Assembly: GCA_946545015.1 (NCBI GenBank) | Contig: CAMNMV010000001.1 | Coordinates: 26,420-90,419, forward strand | Direction: 5' to 3' | Source of the DNA: an uncultured Clostridium sp. | Lineage (GTDB): Bacteria; Bacillota; Clostridia; TANB77; CAG-508 | Length of the DNA: 64,000 nt | Shown here: one piece after another, positions 1-13,619 of the stretch | How the letters are laid out: every line of letters starts with the position of its first letter | Numbering within the stretch: the first letter of the stretch is position 1 | Position numbers and translations under genes: made by a program | Notes under the pieces: generated by a model | Database searches by the model: none | What the model was told of the DNA's origin: nothing | The model's input: only the letters and a program-made list of their open reading frames with translations

Positions 1-1
1 C

Positions 2-982
2 TTTGAAATTAATATAGGAAATAAAGAAAATGTTAGGGTTTACAATTTAAAAGAACTATCAACAGTTCCACGAGATGATGGAGAAAGCGTTATGTATGAT
101 GCACAGATTATTTGCCATAAAGAAGGAGATGCTATTTATCTTTCAGATTATGACGACCATATAGGTTTTGAAGTTTTGCCAAATCAAAATTTAAACGACG
201 TATTACAATATTTTGTTACAAAATATTTTGAAGAGAATGCCAAAGAACCAGAAAAAAGTGAATACTATCTAGGAAGGATGAAAGAAACTTCAAATCATAC
301 TGTGGATGAAAATTATCAATCAGTATTTGAAGAGGAAGATAAGTATTTAGAACAAGCATATTTGGAAACTATAAAAGCAGATGAAAAAAAACAAAGAGAA
401 GAATTTCTTGACAGAATTGATGCAAGGGAAGATGTAATGAGAAATGCTTTAGAAGCAGAAAAGAAAAATAAACTTGAACGTATAAATAGAATAAAAAGAT
501 TACAAAATCCTTCATTAATTCCTGTTGTTCAAAGCGATGAAATGACACTAGAATTTAAAGGTGTTAATTTGTCTGAGGGAGAGAAACAAGGAAATATATT
601 ATTATTGGAAAAATTAGAACTAATAAATGAAGGGAAAGAAGACATACCCAATTTATATAAGGCAGTTATAAAAAATATTGAGTCAGATATGTATAAATCA
701 AAAAGATATGAGGAAAATGAGATTTGTTTTGAAATTGCAAATAGAGAATTTGAACAAATTGTAAATGATGCAAATACAGACGAAGTTAAAGCCTTTTTAC
801 AACTATTATCTGATCCAAGTATTTTTGAAAATAAAAACGAAATTAGGTATATTGGAAAGTTAGAAAAATTAGATGGTGAATTTAAAATTATTAGACAAGA
901 TGAACCAGAAACACAAGAAAATGCAGATTTTGTAAAACAAATTAAGGAAAACTATAGAAACTTCAATGGAAAAGAATTATAA
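2..982 (+). CDS. Hypothetical protein, 5'-partial. The reading frame stays open to the window edge upstream of the listed ATG at 92. Acidic and Lys-rich, no recognisable motif.
   Basis: Frame 2 is open from nt 2 with no stop before 92. Ends 13 nt upstream of obg. Confidence 0.5.
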   Translation, partial: FEINIGNKENVRVYNLKELSTVPRDDGESVMYDAQIICHKEGDAIYLSDYDDHIGFEVLPNQNLNDVLQYFVTKYFEENAKEPEKSEYYLGRMKETSNHTVDENYQSVFEEEDKYLEQAYLETIKADEKKQREEFLDRIDAREDVMRNALEAEKKNKLERINRIKRLQNPSLIPVVQSDEMTLEFKGVNLSEGEKQGNILLLEKLELINEGKEDIPNLYKAVIKNIESDMYKSKRYEENEICFEIANREFEQIVNDANTDEVKAFLQLLSDPSIFENKNEIRYIGKLEKLDGEFKIIRQDEPETQENADFVKQIKENYRNFNGKEL

Positions 983-2269
<1,287 letters not shown>

Positions 2270-2283
2270 AGGAAGGGATTATT

Positions 2284-3924
2284 ATGAAAATTACATTTAA
2301 AGATAGAATTATCGAAACACAAGATAATATAAAAGTTAGAGATTTATTAAAAGAAGAAATACAAAATAACAAATATAATGTTATGGGATGTATTGTAAAT
2401 AATGAATATCAAAATTTAGATTTTGAATTAAGTAAAGATTCAAATATAGAATTAATTGATATGACAAATAAAGAAGGAATGAAAATATATAGAAGAACAC
2501 TTATATATATTTTAGGAAAAGCATTTGGAGAATTATATCCAGAAGCTCTTATTACAGTAAATTATCAATTAGCTCATGCAATGTTTTGTGAAATTGATAA
2601 TATGGAAACAACTGATGAAATGTTAGAAAAAATTTCTAAAAAAATGAAAGAAATAATACAAAAAGATTTAAAAATCGAAAAAAGAATAATGAACCGTGAA
2701 GAAGCAAAGAAATTTTATGAAGAAACTAAAACTAGAAGAGGAAAATTACAATATGATTTAGAATCTAACAATGAAATTGTTATGTATTATTGTGAAGATT
2801 ATTATAATTATTGTTATGGTATGATTGCTGCAAATACTGGAAGTCTAAATATTTTTAAATTAGAAAAATATGAAGACGGATTTTTAGTTAAATATCCAAG
2901 TTCAAAAAATCCTGCAGAATTACCAAATGACAAAGAAAGCAATAAATTATCTTTAGCATTAAATGAATATGATGATTTACACAAAATATTAAAAATTAAT
3001 ACTGTTGAAAAATTAAATAGAACAGTAGAAGAAAATAAAATAAAAGATATAATAATGATCGATGAAGCTTTACATGAAAAGAAAATTGCAAATATAGCTG
3101 ATGAAATTTTAAAAAGAAAAGATGTAAAAATGATATTAATAGCAGGACCTTCATCATCTGGAAAAACAACATTTGCTCAAAGATTGGGAATTCAATTACG
3201 AATAAATGGAATAAAACCAGTTACAATTTCTGTAGATAATTATTTTGTCGAAAGAAAAGATACTCCAAAAGATGAAAATGGTAATTACAATTTTGAATGT
3301 ATTGAAGCTATAGATATGGATTTATTCAATGATCATTTAACTCGATTATTAAATGGTGAAGAAGTTGAAATGCCACAATTTGATTTTAAAGTAGGAACAA
3401 AGAGATATAAAGGAAAAATGTTAAAATTACATGAAGATGAAGTTCTAGTAATAGAAGGAATTCATTGCTTAAATGATAGATTAACAAGTAAAATTCAAAG
3501 TAATCAAAAGTTTAAAATATATATAAGTGATTTAACAGTTTTAAATATGGATTATTATAATAGAATATCTTCAACAGATAATAGATTAATAAGAAGAATT
3601 GTAAGAGATTATCAATTTAGAGGATATTCAGCATTACATACATTAAAAACATGGAAAAGTGTAAATGATGGTGAAGAACAAAATATATTCCCATTCCAAG
3701 AATCAGCTGATGCAATGTTTAATACATCTTTAATTTATGAATTAGGAGCTTTAAAAGAAATAGCATTACCATTACTAGAAGAAATAACTCCAGAAGAAAA
3801 AGAATATGCAGAAGCTAGAAGATTAGTAAACATGTTAAAATATTTTAAAACAATTGATAGTAAACTAATTCCATCAAATTCATTATTAAAAGAATTTTTA
3901 GGTGGAGGAGATTTTGAATATTAA
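2284..3924 (+). CDS. TGS-domain / uridine-kinase-family nucleoside kinase fusion protein (ThrRS-N-like N-terminus plus P-loop kinase)
   Basis: N-terminal TGS-like segment. Central Walker A IAGPSSSGKTTF followed by a uridine/cytidine-kinase-like region (VLVIEGIH, DxR). Confidence 0.7.
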   Translation: MKITFKDRIIETQDNIKVRDLLKEEIQNNKYNVMGCIVNNEYQNLDFELSKDSNIELIDMTNKEGMKIYRRTLIYILGKAFGELYPEALITVNYQLAHAMFCEIDNMETTDEMLEKISKKMKEIIQKDLKIEKRIMNREEAKKFYEETKTRRGKLQYDLESNNEIVMYYCEDYYNYCYGMIAANTGSLNIFKLEKYEDGFLVKYPSSKNPAELPNDKESNKLSLALNEYDDLHKILKINTVEKLNRTVEENKIKDIIMIDEALHEKKIANIADEILKRKDVKMILIAGPSSSGKTTFAQRLGIQLRINGIKPVTISVDNYFVERKDTPKDENGNYNFECIEAIDMDLFNDHLTRLLNGEEVEMPQFDFKVGTKRYKGKMLKLHEDEVLVIEGIHCLNDRLTSKIQSNQKFKIYISDLTVLNMDYYNRISSTDNRLIRRIVRDYQFRGYSALHTLKTWKSVNDGEEQNIFPFQESADAMFNTSLIYELGALKEIALPLLEEITPEEKEYAEARRLVNMLKYFKTIDSKLIPSNSLLKEFLGGGDFEY

Positions 3925-3935
3925 AAGGAGAAAAA

Positions 3936-4253
3936 ATGTTAAAACCAAGTAGATTCACAGAAATTGATGAAGAATTTGTATGTGAAAATTGTGGTAAAAA
4001 AGTAAAGCCACTTGGATATTCTTGTAGAAATCATTGTCCATATTGTTTACATTCAAAACATGTAGATAAAAATCCTGGAGATAGACAAGAAACATGCCAT
4101 GGTGATTTGGAACCAGTAAGTTTAGAGATTGATTCTAAAAAAGGATATGTAATTATATTTAAATGTAAGAAATGTGGGGCAATAAGAAAAAACAAAGCTG
4201 CATCTGATGACAATATGGATTTGATTATTGATTTAAGTAGTAAACAAGTGTAA
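3936..4253 (+). CDS. RNHCP domain-containing small Cys-rich protein
   Basis: Literal RNHCP motif and paired CxxC motifs (CENCGKK ... CPYC ... CKKCG). Confidence 0.75.
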   Translation: MLKPSRFTEIDEEFVCENCGKKVKPLGYSCRNHCPYCLHSKHVDKNPGDRQETCHGDLEPVSLEIDSKKGYVIIFKCKKCGAIRKNKAASDDNMDLIIDLSSKQV

Positions 4254-4280
4254 AGATCTACTATAATAAATTAATTATAA

Positions 4281-4309
4281 TTGACTGCATAGCGAAAATA
4301 ATATATAAT
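4281..4309 (+). promoter_or_regulatory. Sigma-A-type promoter TTGACT-17-TATAAT driving the downstream small ORF
   Basis: TTGACT at 4281-4286, 17-nt spacer, TATAAT at 4304-4309. Confidence 0.55.
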
Positions 4310-4359
4310 TACTTCATGAGTTAGTTATTTTTCAGACTTGACAAAAGGAGGTATGCTTT

Positions 4360-4527
4360 ATGAGCAAATGGTCTGATTTATGGGAAAAGTTTAAGAACCC
4401 TGAGAGAGCTGCTGATGAAGAAGCTGCAAAAAAGAAGCAGTCAGAAGAAAACCAGAAGATGGCTGATGCTTTTAAACATGCTGAAGAGGAGGCAGAAAAA
4501 AATCGAACAGGCAAAACGATTGATTGA
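4360..4527 (+). CDS. Small 55-aa Lys/Glu-rich protein (MSKWSDLWEKFKNPERAADEEAAKKKQSEENQKMADAFKHAEEEAEKNRTGKTID). Absent from the ORF track, presumably because it falls below the length cutoff.
   Basis: RBS AAAGGAGG at 4343-4350, ATG at 4360, stop TGA at 4525-4527. Own promoter upstream and intrinsic terminator downstream. Confidence 0.55.
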   Translation: MSKWSDLWEKFKNPERAADEEAAKKKQSEENQKMADAFKHAEEEAEKNRTGKTID

Positions 4528-4540
4528 TCACAAATAATTA

Positions 4541-4571
4541 AGAGAGCAACAATGTTGCTCTCTTTTTTTTA
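4541..4571 (+). terminator. Rho-independent terminator (AGAGAGCAACA-ATG-TTGCTCTCT followed by T8)
   Basis: Perfect 9-bp stem (GAGAGCAAC/GTTGCTCTC; the flanking A/T makes a non-pairing 10th position) followed by TTTTTTTT. Confidence 0.8.
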
Positions 4572-4615
4572 GTATAAAATAATTTATTTATTAATTTATA
4601 ATTTATATTCTATTT

Positions 4616-7075
4616 TTAGATTTCTCTATTTAAATTACCATTTGTAAATTCTTTACCTTCTAATCTTTTTCCTGATGAAAATGTAGTTATAATATTATTC
4701 ATAGTTTCGATATCTTCATGTAAGAAATCTAATCTTAAATATGTACTTTTGAAATCTAATGGAGAGATGGATAATATTTTACTATTATAAATAGTTGTTA
4801 CGGTCTGAATGTTATCAGGAATAATTTCAAAATTCATATTTAATCTATCTTTTAAATAATAAATATTATCAAGATTAGAACATTTTGCCTCACATCCTGG
4901 ATAACATTTATTTGTTTTTCCTAGTAAACAATAATTCATATTCACTAAAGGGATTTTCCCATAAACAATAAGTTCTTGTGAATAATCATTATTGTTTAGA
5001 CTTAATATACAATTTTTGTCTAACTCAGGACTTATAGTATATTTAGATATTCCTAAATTATATAATTCATTGATTGTATTGTCATTATAGATATTTAAAG
5101 TATAATTAGATATTAGTTCAAATTTATTGTCATATTTATTTTGCAAATCTTCTATTAACACAAAATTAGAAATATTTGATATTACAAATCCTTTAATGTT
5201 ATATTTTATTATAGCATTTTCAATATTATTGTGAAATAGATTTCTGTAATTAGCTTTTATAATAGTAGGTAGATAAATATATAAATTAAATTTTTGACTA
5301 ATTGTTTCCAAAATATTTGAATAATTCTTATTTGCAAAATATTTTAAAGGAATATATATATTATCTATATTTTCTAATTTAGAATAATCAAAATTTGTAT
5401 TTAAAATATTCAATAATATAGAAATTTTTTTAGTGATTTTATTAGAACTTTTAAATACTTCTTTTTGTTTTTTTGATATTAAAGAAGTTTCATTTTCTTT
5501 ATAAGAAGTTTTTTGGGATTTTCTTAGTATATTTCCAGTTGCAAAATCTTGAACATTATCTAAAATAATTCTTCTTAATTCATTTAAACTACTTAATTTT
5601 GGAATGAATATATTATCATCAATATCAACAATTATTTGTTTAAAATCAAATGGGGTATTACCAGTTTTTGATATTTGTTTAATTATATCTTCCTTAGTAA
5701 TAGGTTTATTTTTTGCTTCAACAGGAATTACAGTTGAAGTATATGACAAATTTAGATTTTTATATAATAAAATATTATTGGCTGATGTTACTATTGCAAA
5801 AATTGGTTTATTCTTTTTTATTGAAAGCCTGATGTTTAACAAAATTTTCTTATTTTCCTTATTAAAACTATTTAATGCAGTAGTTGAAAGCTCTTTAGAG
5901 GAAATTTTAAATACATTATCTTTTATTGAAATATTTCCTTTCATTCTACCTATTGTAACTAATTGATTAGGTAATCCTAAAGGAATATTTTTTAATTTAT
6001 TTGTAGAACCATCCATAAGTTCTGAAACTGTATAAGTTCCAGTTTCATTTTCTAAAGAAATAGTATCTCCAATTTCTAATTTTTCTTTTAATTTTAAAGT
6101 TATATATCCTTTTGATTTATTATATTTTTGAACAATTCCTAAAGGTAATCCCATATTGTTTGGCTTTGATTTATATACTAAATTTTTATTAGGGTCTTTA
6201 CTTAAATGACCAGTAGAAGATAGCCCACGATTAAAAACTTGTAATAAATTTTTTCTGTCTTGTTCATCTATTTTAAAACTATCTTTAGAAAGAGCTATAT
6301 CAATATATTTTCTATATATTCTAGTGACTGTTGCAACATATTCAGGGTTTTTCATTCTTCCTTCAATTTTAAATGATGTTACACCACAATTTATAAGGAA
6401 AGGAATATAATCCAAGCCTAATAAATCTCTAGTACTCAATAAATATCCATTATCAATTTTTTTGTTATTTTCAAATAATTCATAATTCAATCTACAGGGT
6501 TGAGCACATTTACCACGGTTTCCAGATCTTCCACCAATCATACTTGAAAATAAGCATTGACCGGAATAGCAGACACATAGTGCTCCATGAATAAAACATT
6601 CGATTTCAACATCAGAATTTTTACAAATATATGCAATTTCATCTGCAGATAATTCTCTAGCAAGAACTACACGTTTAAATCCTAGTTTTTGTAACGCTAG
6701 TACTCCTTGCAAGTTATGAACTGACATTTGAGTACTTGCATGAATAGGTAAATCTGGAAAGTCTTTAATTAGTTTTAAGCCAAGGCCAAGGTCTTGAACA
6801 ATTATTGCATCTATACCAAATTCATAAGCTTTTTTTGCAAGATTATAAGCATCTTTAAATTCATTGTTTTTTATTAAAGTGTTTAATGTTAGATTAGTTT
6901 TAACACCTCTAGTTTTGGCATAATTAATAGCATTTTTTAAAGTATTATCATCAAAATTAGAAGCGAAAGCTCTTGCACTAAAAGAGTTGGAACCAAAATA
7001 TACACAATCCGCTCCATTTTGTACAGCTGCTTTTAAGCATTCAAAATCACCAACAGGCGATAATAATTCAATCAT
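4616..7075 (-). CDS. Peptidase U32 family protein, long form (collagenase-like, PrtC/YhbU-type)
   Basis: N-terminus MIELLSPVGDFECLKAAVQNGADCVYFG is typical of U32. Conserved E-x-F-x-H-G-A-L-C-x-x-Y-S-G-x-C region present. 819 aa. RBS GGAGGGGG upstream on the - strand. Confidence 0.85.
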   Translation of the reverse strand: MIELLSPVGDFECLKAAVQNGADCVYFGSNSFSARAFASNFDDNTLKNAINYAKTRGVKTNLTLNTLIKNNEFKDAYNLAKKAYEFGIDAIIVQDLGLGLKLIKDFPDLPIHASTQMSVHNLQGVLALQKLGFKRVVLARELSADEIAYICKNSDVEIECFIHGALCVCYSGQCLFSSMIGGRSGNRGKCAQPCRLNYELFENNKKIDNGYLLSTRDLLGLDYIPFLINCGVTSFKIEGRMKNPEYVATVTRIYRKYIDIALSKDSFKIDEQDRKNLLQVFNRGLSSTGHLSKDPNKNLVYKSKPNNMGLPLGIVQKYNKSKGYITLKLKEKLEIGDTISLENETGTYTVSELMDGSTNKLKNIPLGLPNQLVTIGRMKGNISIKDNVFKISSKELSTTALNSFNKENKKILLNIRLSIKKNKPIFAIVTSANNILLYKNLNLSYTSTVIPVEAKNKPITKEDIIKQISKTGNTPFDFKQIIVDIDDNIFIPKLSSLNELRRIILDNVQDFATGNILRKSQKTSYKENETSLISKKQKEVFKSSNKITKKISILLNILNTNFDYSKLENIDNIYIPLKYFANKNYSNILETISQKFNLYIYLPTIIKANYRNLFHNNIENAIIKYNIKGFVISNISNFVLIEDLQNKYDNKFELISNYTLNIYNDNTINELYNLGISKYTISPELDKNCILSLNNNDYSQELIVYGKIPLVNMNYCLLGKTNKCYPGCEAKCSNLDNIYYLKDRLNMNFEIIPDNIQTVTTIYNSKILSISPLDFKSTYLRLDFLHEDIETMNNIITTFSSGKRLEGKEFTNGNLNREI

Positions 7076-7187
7076 TTAACCCCCTCCAATATGCTATAAT
7101 TATAACATTTTATATGAATAATAACAAGAATAAATATAGACAAAATCATAATATTATGATAAATTATAAACTAGAGGTATTATATAT

Positions 7188-8453
7188 ATGAGAGTATTTT
7201 TTAAATTGATTAAAAATTTAATATTTTTTGCTATAATTGCATGTGCTTTATATTTTGCATATGAATTTTTTCAAGAAAATAATTTTATGGATTATACTAA
7301 AAATATATCAAAAAAAGATATAACTGAATTTAAAAGAGATAATCAAATAAAATATTCAGATAAAAGAAGTTTTAAGATATCATCTCCAGAGTTTAATGAT
7401 GCAATGATTACTAAAAAAGTGACTTTAAAGAAGAATAAGCCATATAGAGTAAGTTGTATGGTAAAAACGGAAAATGTGGAATCAGAAAATGATAAATCAG
7501 GAAGTGGAGCGCATATTTCAATAGATGGTCAAACAATAAGATCTATTGCTGTAAAAGGTACAACAGATTGGCAAAAAATTGAACTAATTTTTAATTCTAA
7601 AAATAAAGAAGAATTAGCAATAGGGGTTAGATTAGGTGGATATGAAGGAGAATGCAAAGGTACAGCTTGGTTTTCTGATATAAAAATAGAGCAAGGTGTT
7701 GCTGATGAATCAAATGAATGGAAATTTGCATGTTTTATGTATAATAATACAGATGTAAATATAAATAATGAAAATGTAAAAATACAAGTATCTGATGCTG
7801 AAGTTTCAGATATTAGAAACACAATTAGAAGATTTGAAGATGTATGTGAAACACTTAGCCAAGGAAAAATGAAAGCAAAATGTGATTTTTATAATATAGA
7901 TACTCCATTATCTAAGTTATCATATGATGAAGAATTTGGATATTATGTAGGTCCTGAAGATGTTGAAAATGATATAAAAAACACGATAAATCAAAATAAT
8001 TATGATCATATATTTATAATAGTAAAATTAGGAAATGATAAATTTATGAATACCATACAAATTAATGACTGGATTGGATTAGGATCCATGGATTATTATG
8101 GAATAGGTTTTTCAAATATAAGATTGCCAAATGATTCTAAAAGTTATGTATATAAATATGATTCTAGAATTAATGAATTTCCAGAAGAAGTGTTTTTACA
8201 TGAATTTTTACATTCTCTAGAAAGAAATTCTAAAGAATATGGATATGAGATTCCTCAATTACATGATTATCAGCAATATGGATATAAAGAGGAGGCTTTG
8301 ATTGGACAGAAAAAATGGTATACAGATTATATGAATTGTGAGATAAATTCAGGTGACAGTAAAATAGGATTACCAAAAGAAATATATACATTAAAACCAG
8401 CTAAAAATTCAGATTTTGAATATGCCTCAGAACTAAAAAATATTTTTGATTAA
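7188..8453 (+). CDS. Hypothetical membrane-anchored protein with a CBM4/9-like beta-sandwich segment and an HExxH motif (FLHEFLHSLE), so a putative zinc metallopeptidase
   Basis: N-terminal TM helix (LIFFAIIACALYFAYEFF). HEFLH near the C-terminus. The domain assignment is by eye only. Confidence 0.45.
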   Translation: MRVFFKLIKNLIFFAIIACALYFAYEFFQENNFMDYTKNISKKDITEFKRDNQIKYSDKRSFKISSPEFNDAMITKKVTLKKNKPYRVSCMVKTENVESENDKSGSGAHISIDGQTIRSIAVKGTTDWQKIELIFNSKNKEELAIGVRLGGYEGECKGTAWFSDIKIEQGVADESNEWKFACFMYNNTDVNINNENVKIQVSDAEVSDIRNTIRRFEDVCETLSQGKMKAKCDFYNIDTPLSKLSYDEEFGYYVGPEDVENDIKNTINQNNYDHIFIIVKLGNDKFMNTIQINDWIGLGSMDYYGIGFSNIRLPNDSKSYVYKYDSRINEFPEEVFLHEFLHSLERNSKEYGYEIPQLHDYQQYGYKEEALIGQKKWYTDYMNCEINSGDSKIGLPKEIYTLKPAKNSDFEYASELKNIFD

Positions 8454-8470
8454 AATAGAAAGGATTAAAA

Positions 8471-9496
8471 ATGGACGTAAAAGATTTTTATTATGATTTA
8501 CCAGAAGAGTTAATAGCACAAACACCAATAGAAAAACGTGATGAATCAAGATTAATGATTTTAAATAAAAAAGATGAAACGATTGAACATAAAACATTTA
8601 AAGATATATTAGAATATTTGCAACCAGGAGATGTATTAGTAAGAAATAATACAAAAGTAATTCCAGCAAGGTTATATGGAAAAAAAGAAACGGGAGCAAA
8701 TATTGAATTTTTATTATTAAATAATATTGAAGGAGATATTTGGGAAAGTATAGTTAGACCAGGAAATAAGTTGCATATAGGAACTAAAGTTATATTTGGA
8801 GATGGTTTGTTAGAAGCGGAAGTATTAGACATAATGGAAGGTGGAACTAGAAAAGTAAAATTTAAATATGAAGGAATTTTTAATGAAATACTAGACAAAA
8901 TTGGTTTAATGCCACTTCCACCATATATTCATGAAGAACTAAAACAAAAAGATAGATACCAAACTGTTTATGCAAAATATGAAGGTTCAGCAGCAGCTCC
9001 AACAGCAGGACTTCATTTTACACCTGAATTATTAGAGAAAATAAAAGATAAAGGTGTAGAGATTGCTAATGTAACATTACATGTAGGAATAGGTACTTTT
9101 AGACCAGTAAAAGTTGAAAAAGTGGAAGAACATCATATGCATTCTGAACATTTTTACATAAAGGAAGAAGATGCTGAAATTATAAATAGAGCTAAAAAAG
9201 AAGGAAGAAGAGTAATTGCTATAGGAACAACTTCATGTAGAGTTTTAGAATCAATAGCAGATGAAAAAACAGGAATGGTAAAACCTCAAGAAAGTGATAC
9301 ACAAATATTTATATATCCAGGATATAAATTTAAATGCATAGATGGGTTAATTACAAATTTCCATCTTCCAGAGTCTACACTTTTGATGTTAGTATCAGCA
9401 TTAGCTGGAAAAGATTATATTATGAAAGCATATAATGAAGCGGTAAAAGAAAGATATAGATTTTTTAGTTTTGGAGATGCAATGTTTATAAATTAA
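8471..9496 (+). CDS. queA: S-adenosylmethionine:tRNA ribosyltransferase-isomerase
   Basis: [29 protein letters not shown]... is the canonical QueA N-terminus. 341 aa. Confidence 0.93.
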   Translation: MDVKDFYYDLPEELIAQTPIEKRDESRLMILNKKDETIEHKTFKDILEYLQPGDVLVRNNTKVIPARLYGKKETGANIEFLLLNNIEGDIWESIVRPGNKLHIGTKVIFGDGLLEAEVLDIMEGGTRKVKFKYEGIFNEILDKIGLMPLPPYIHEELKQKDRYQTVYAKYEGSAAAPTAGLHFTPELLEKIKDKGVEIANVTLHVGIGTFRPVKVEKVEEHHMHSEHFYIKEEDAEIINRAKKEGRRVIAIGTTSCRVLESIADEKTGMVKPQESDTQIFIYPGYKFKCIDGLITNFHLPESTLLMLVSALAGKDYIMKAYNEAVKERYRFFSFGDAMFIN

Positions 9497-9527
9497 TTTT
9501 ATTCTATGAAGTTGAGGAAAATAAATA

Positions 9528-11917
<2,390 letters not shown>

Positions 11918-11928
11918 GAGGTATACAA

Positions 11929-13485
11929 ATGAATTTTGTTGATGATGAAGAAATAAAAAATGCGCAAACTACCAAAAAAGATAAAAAGCCAATTATAGCT
12001 GTAATATTACTTGTTGCGATATTTATAGTTGCCATTTTAATAGTTGTTACTTATGCTACACTTGTTAAAATGAAAGGAAAAGAATTAACAATTAGTTTAA
12101 ATGGTAATAATAATGCAGAATTGAAAAAAATAATACAAATCGAAGATGATGGAACAATGTATGTTCCAATAAGAGATATTGCGGAATATTTGAATTATAA
12201 AAGTTATAATGGAAATTATAGAAATAAATCTGAAAATTCAGATGAATGTTATATAGAAACAAAAGAAGAAATAGTAACATTTGTTGATGGTGCTGAAGAA
12301 ATAGAAAAAATAAATCCATCTAATTCTGAAACGACATATTTTAGATTAGAAAAACCAATAAAAACTAAAAATAATAAATTATATATTTCTAGTGATGGAT
12401 TTGAAATTGCATATAATGTAAAATGTGAATATGATAAATCTAAAAATAAAATTTCAATAAAAACAATGGATTACATTATAGAGGAAAATAAAGCAGAAAT
12501 ATTAAAGAATGGATTTAAAAGTATATCAAATAAATTTGATGATAAAAAAGCAGTGCTAACAGGATTGGCTATTGTTACTGGAGATTCAGGTAAATATGGA
12601 TTATATAATTTTTATAACCAAGAAACAATATTAGAAACAAAATATGATAATATTGAATATGTACCAGTTACAGGAGATTTTACAATAAAGAGCAATGGTA
12701 ATGTAGGAATAAAAACTAGTGATGGAAGAGATAAAATTCAAACTAGATATGAAAGTATAGAGTTTGTAGGACAAAAATTCAAATTATATGTGGTTAAGAA
12801 GAATAATAAATATGGTATAATTGATAATTCTGAGTCAACTATAATACCAATTATATATGATAAAATTGGTATTGATGCATCAGCATTTATAAAAAATGGA
12901 ATCAAAAATAAATATGTAGTAGCAAATAAATTGATACCAGTTATGCAAAATAAGAATTGGGCACTATTTGATTTAAATGGAATTCAATTAACTGATTTTG
13001 TATATCAAGGAATAGGATCTACAAATAGTAGTAGTGGAGAAAATTTACTTATTATACCAGATTATAATGTTTTTGTAGTAGCAAAAGACAAAAAATATAT
13101 ATTAATGGATGATGAAGCAAAAGAAATATGGAATGGAAAAATATTTGATCAAATATATTTACAATTCCAAGATGGAAAACCATTATATAAATTAGTAACA
13201 AATAATAAAACATATGATGCATTAACATATTTAGGAAAAACATTAGGAAACAAAAATGATGATTCGGAAAATGTTGAAAATGTAGAAGAAGTTAAAGAAG
13301 AGGAAACAAAGACTCCTGATAGTAAACAAAATGAAAACAAAAACAATACAAAGAGCGGAGAAAACAAAGAGGAAGATAACAATGATTCAGAAACTGAAAT
13401 ACTGGAACAAGAAAATACAGAAGAAAATAATGAAGAAGACAATAGTGATGAAGAAAATAATGATGAAAATAGTGATCAAGAGTAA
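11929..13485 (+). CDS. Membrane-anchored surface protein with a copper-amine-oxidase-N-like stalk segment, WG-type repeats and a highly acidic C-terminal tail
   Basis: TM helix IIAVILLVAIFIVAILIVV. TMYVPIRDIAEYL segment. Repeats of the KYG(L/I)xDxxxxxxIPxxYDxI kind (WG repeat-like). C-terminal 70 aa are D/E/N-rich. Confidence 0.5.
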   Translation: MNFVDDEEIKNAQTTKKDKKPIIAVILLVAIFIVAILIVVTYATLVKMKGKELTISLNGNNNAELKKIIQIEDDGTMYVPIRDIAEYLNYKSYNGNYRNKSENSDECYIETKEEIVTFVDGAEEIEKINPSNSETTYFRLEKPIKTKNNKLYISSDGFEIAYNVKCEYDKSKNKISIKTMDYIIEENKAEILKNGFKSISNKFDDKKAVLTGLAIVTGDSGKYGLYNFYNQETILETKYDNIEYVPVTGDFTIKSNGNVGIKTSDGRDKIQTRYESIEFVGQKFKLYVVKKNNKYGIIDNSESTIIPIIYDKIGIDASAFIKNGIKNKYVVANKLIPVMQNKNWALFDLNGIQLTDFVYQGIGSTNSSSGENLLIIPDYNVFVVAKDKKYILMDDEAKEIWNGKIFDQIYLQFQDGKPLYKLVTNNKTYDALTYLGKTLGNKNDDSENVENVEEVKEEETKTPDSKQNENKNNTKSGENKEEDNNDSETEILEQENTEENNEEDNSDEENNDENSDQE

Positions 13486-13498
13486 AATACATATAATA

Positions 13499-13527
13499 AA
13501 AAAGCACATTAGTGTGCTTTTTTATTT
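13499..13527 (+). terminator. Rho-independent terminator (AAAAGCACA-TTAG-TGTGCTTTTTT)
   Basis: Stem-loop plus T-tract directly after the stop of the preceding gene. Confidence 0.7.
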
Positions 13528-13619
13528 GTCTTGAAAAAATTTTCGACCGGTCATTACAATAGAAAAAATATAAAAAAGTAGTATAATAATATAGATTATA
13601 TAAAGGAAGGTAAAATAAG

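Noticed and set aside
4332-4514. 60-aa ORF on the - strand from the ORF track
   Set aside because: It is antisense to a + strand small ORF that has its own promoter, RBS and terminator. It has no RBS and its composition is implausible.
5604-5966. 120-aa + strand ORF inside the U32 peptidase gene. The same reasoning applies to other internal antisense ORFs in the track (e.g. 7529-7822, 8491-8898, 13793-14392, 47490-47987, 49441-50049, 52311-52682, 55592-55936).
   Set aside because: These lie fully inside well-supported genes on the opposite strand. They are typical AT-rich-genome antisense open frames with no RBS and hydrophobic or low-complexity translations.
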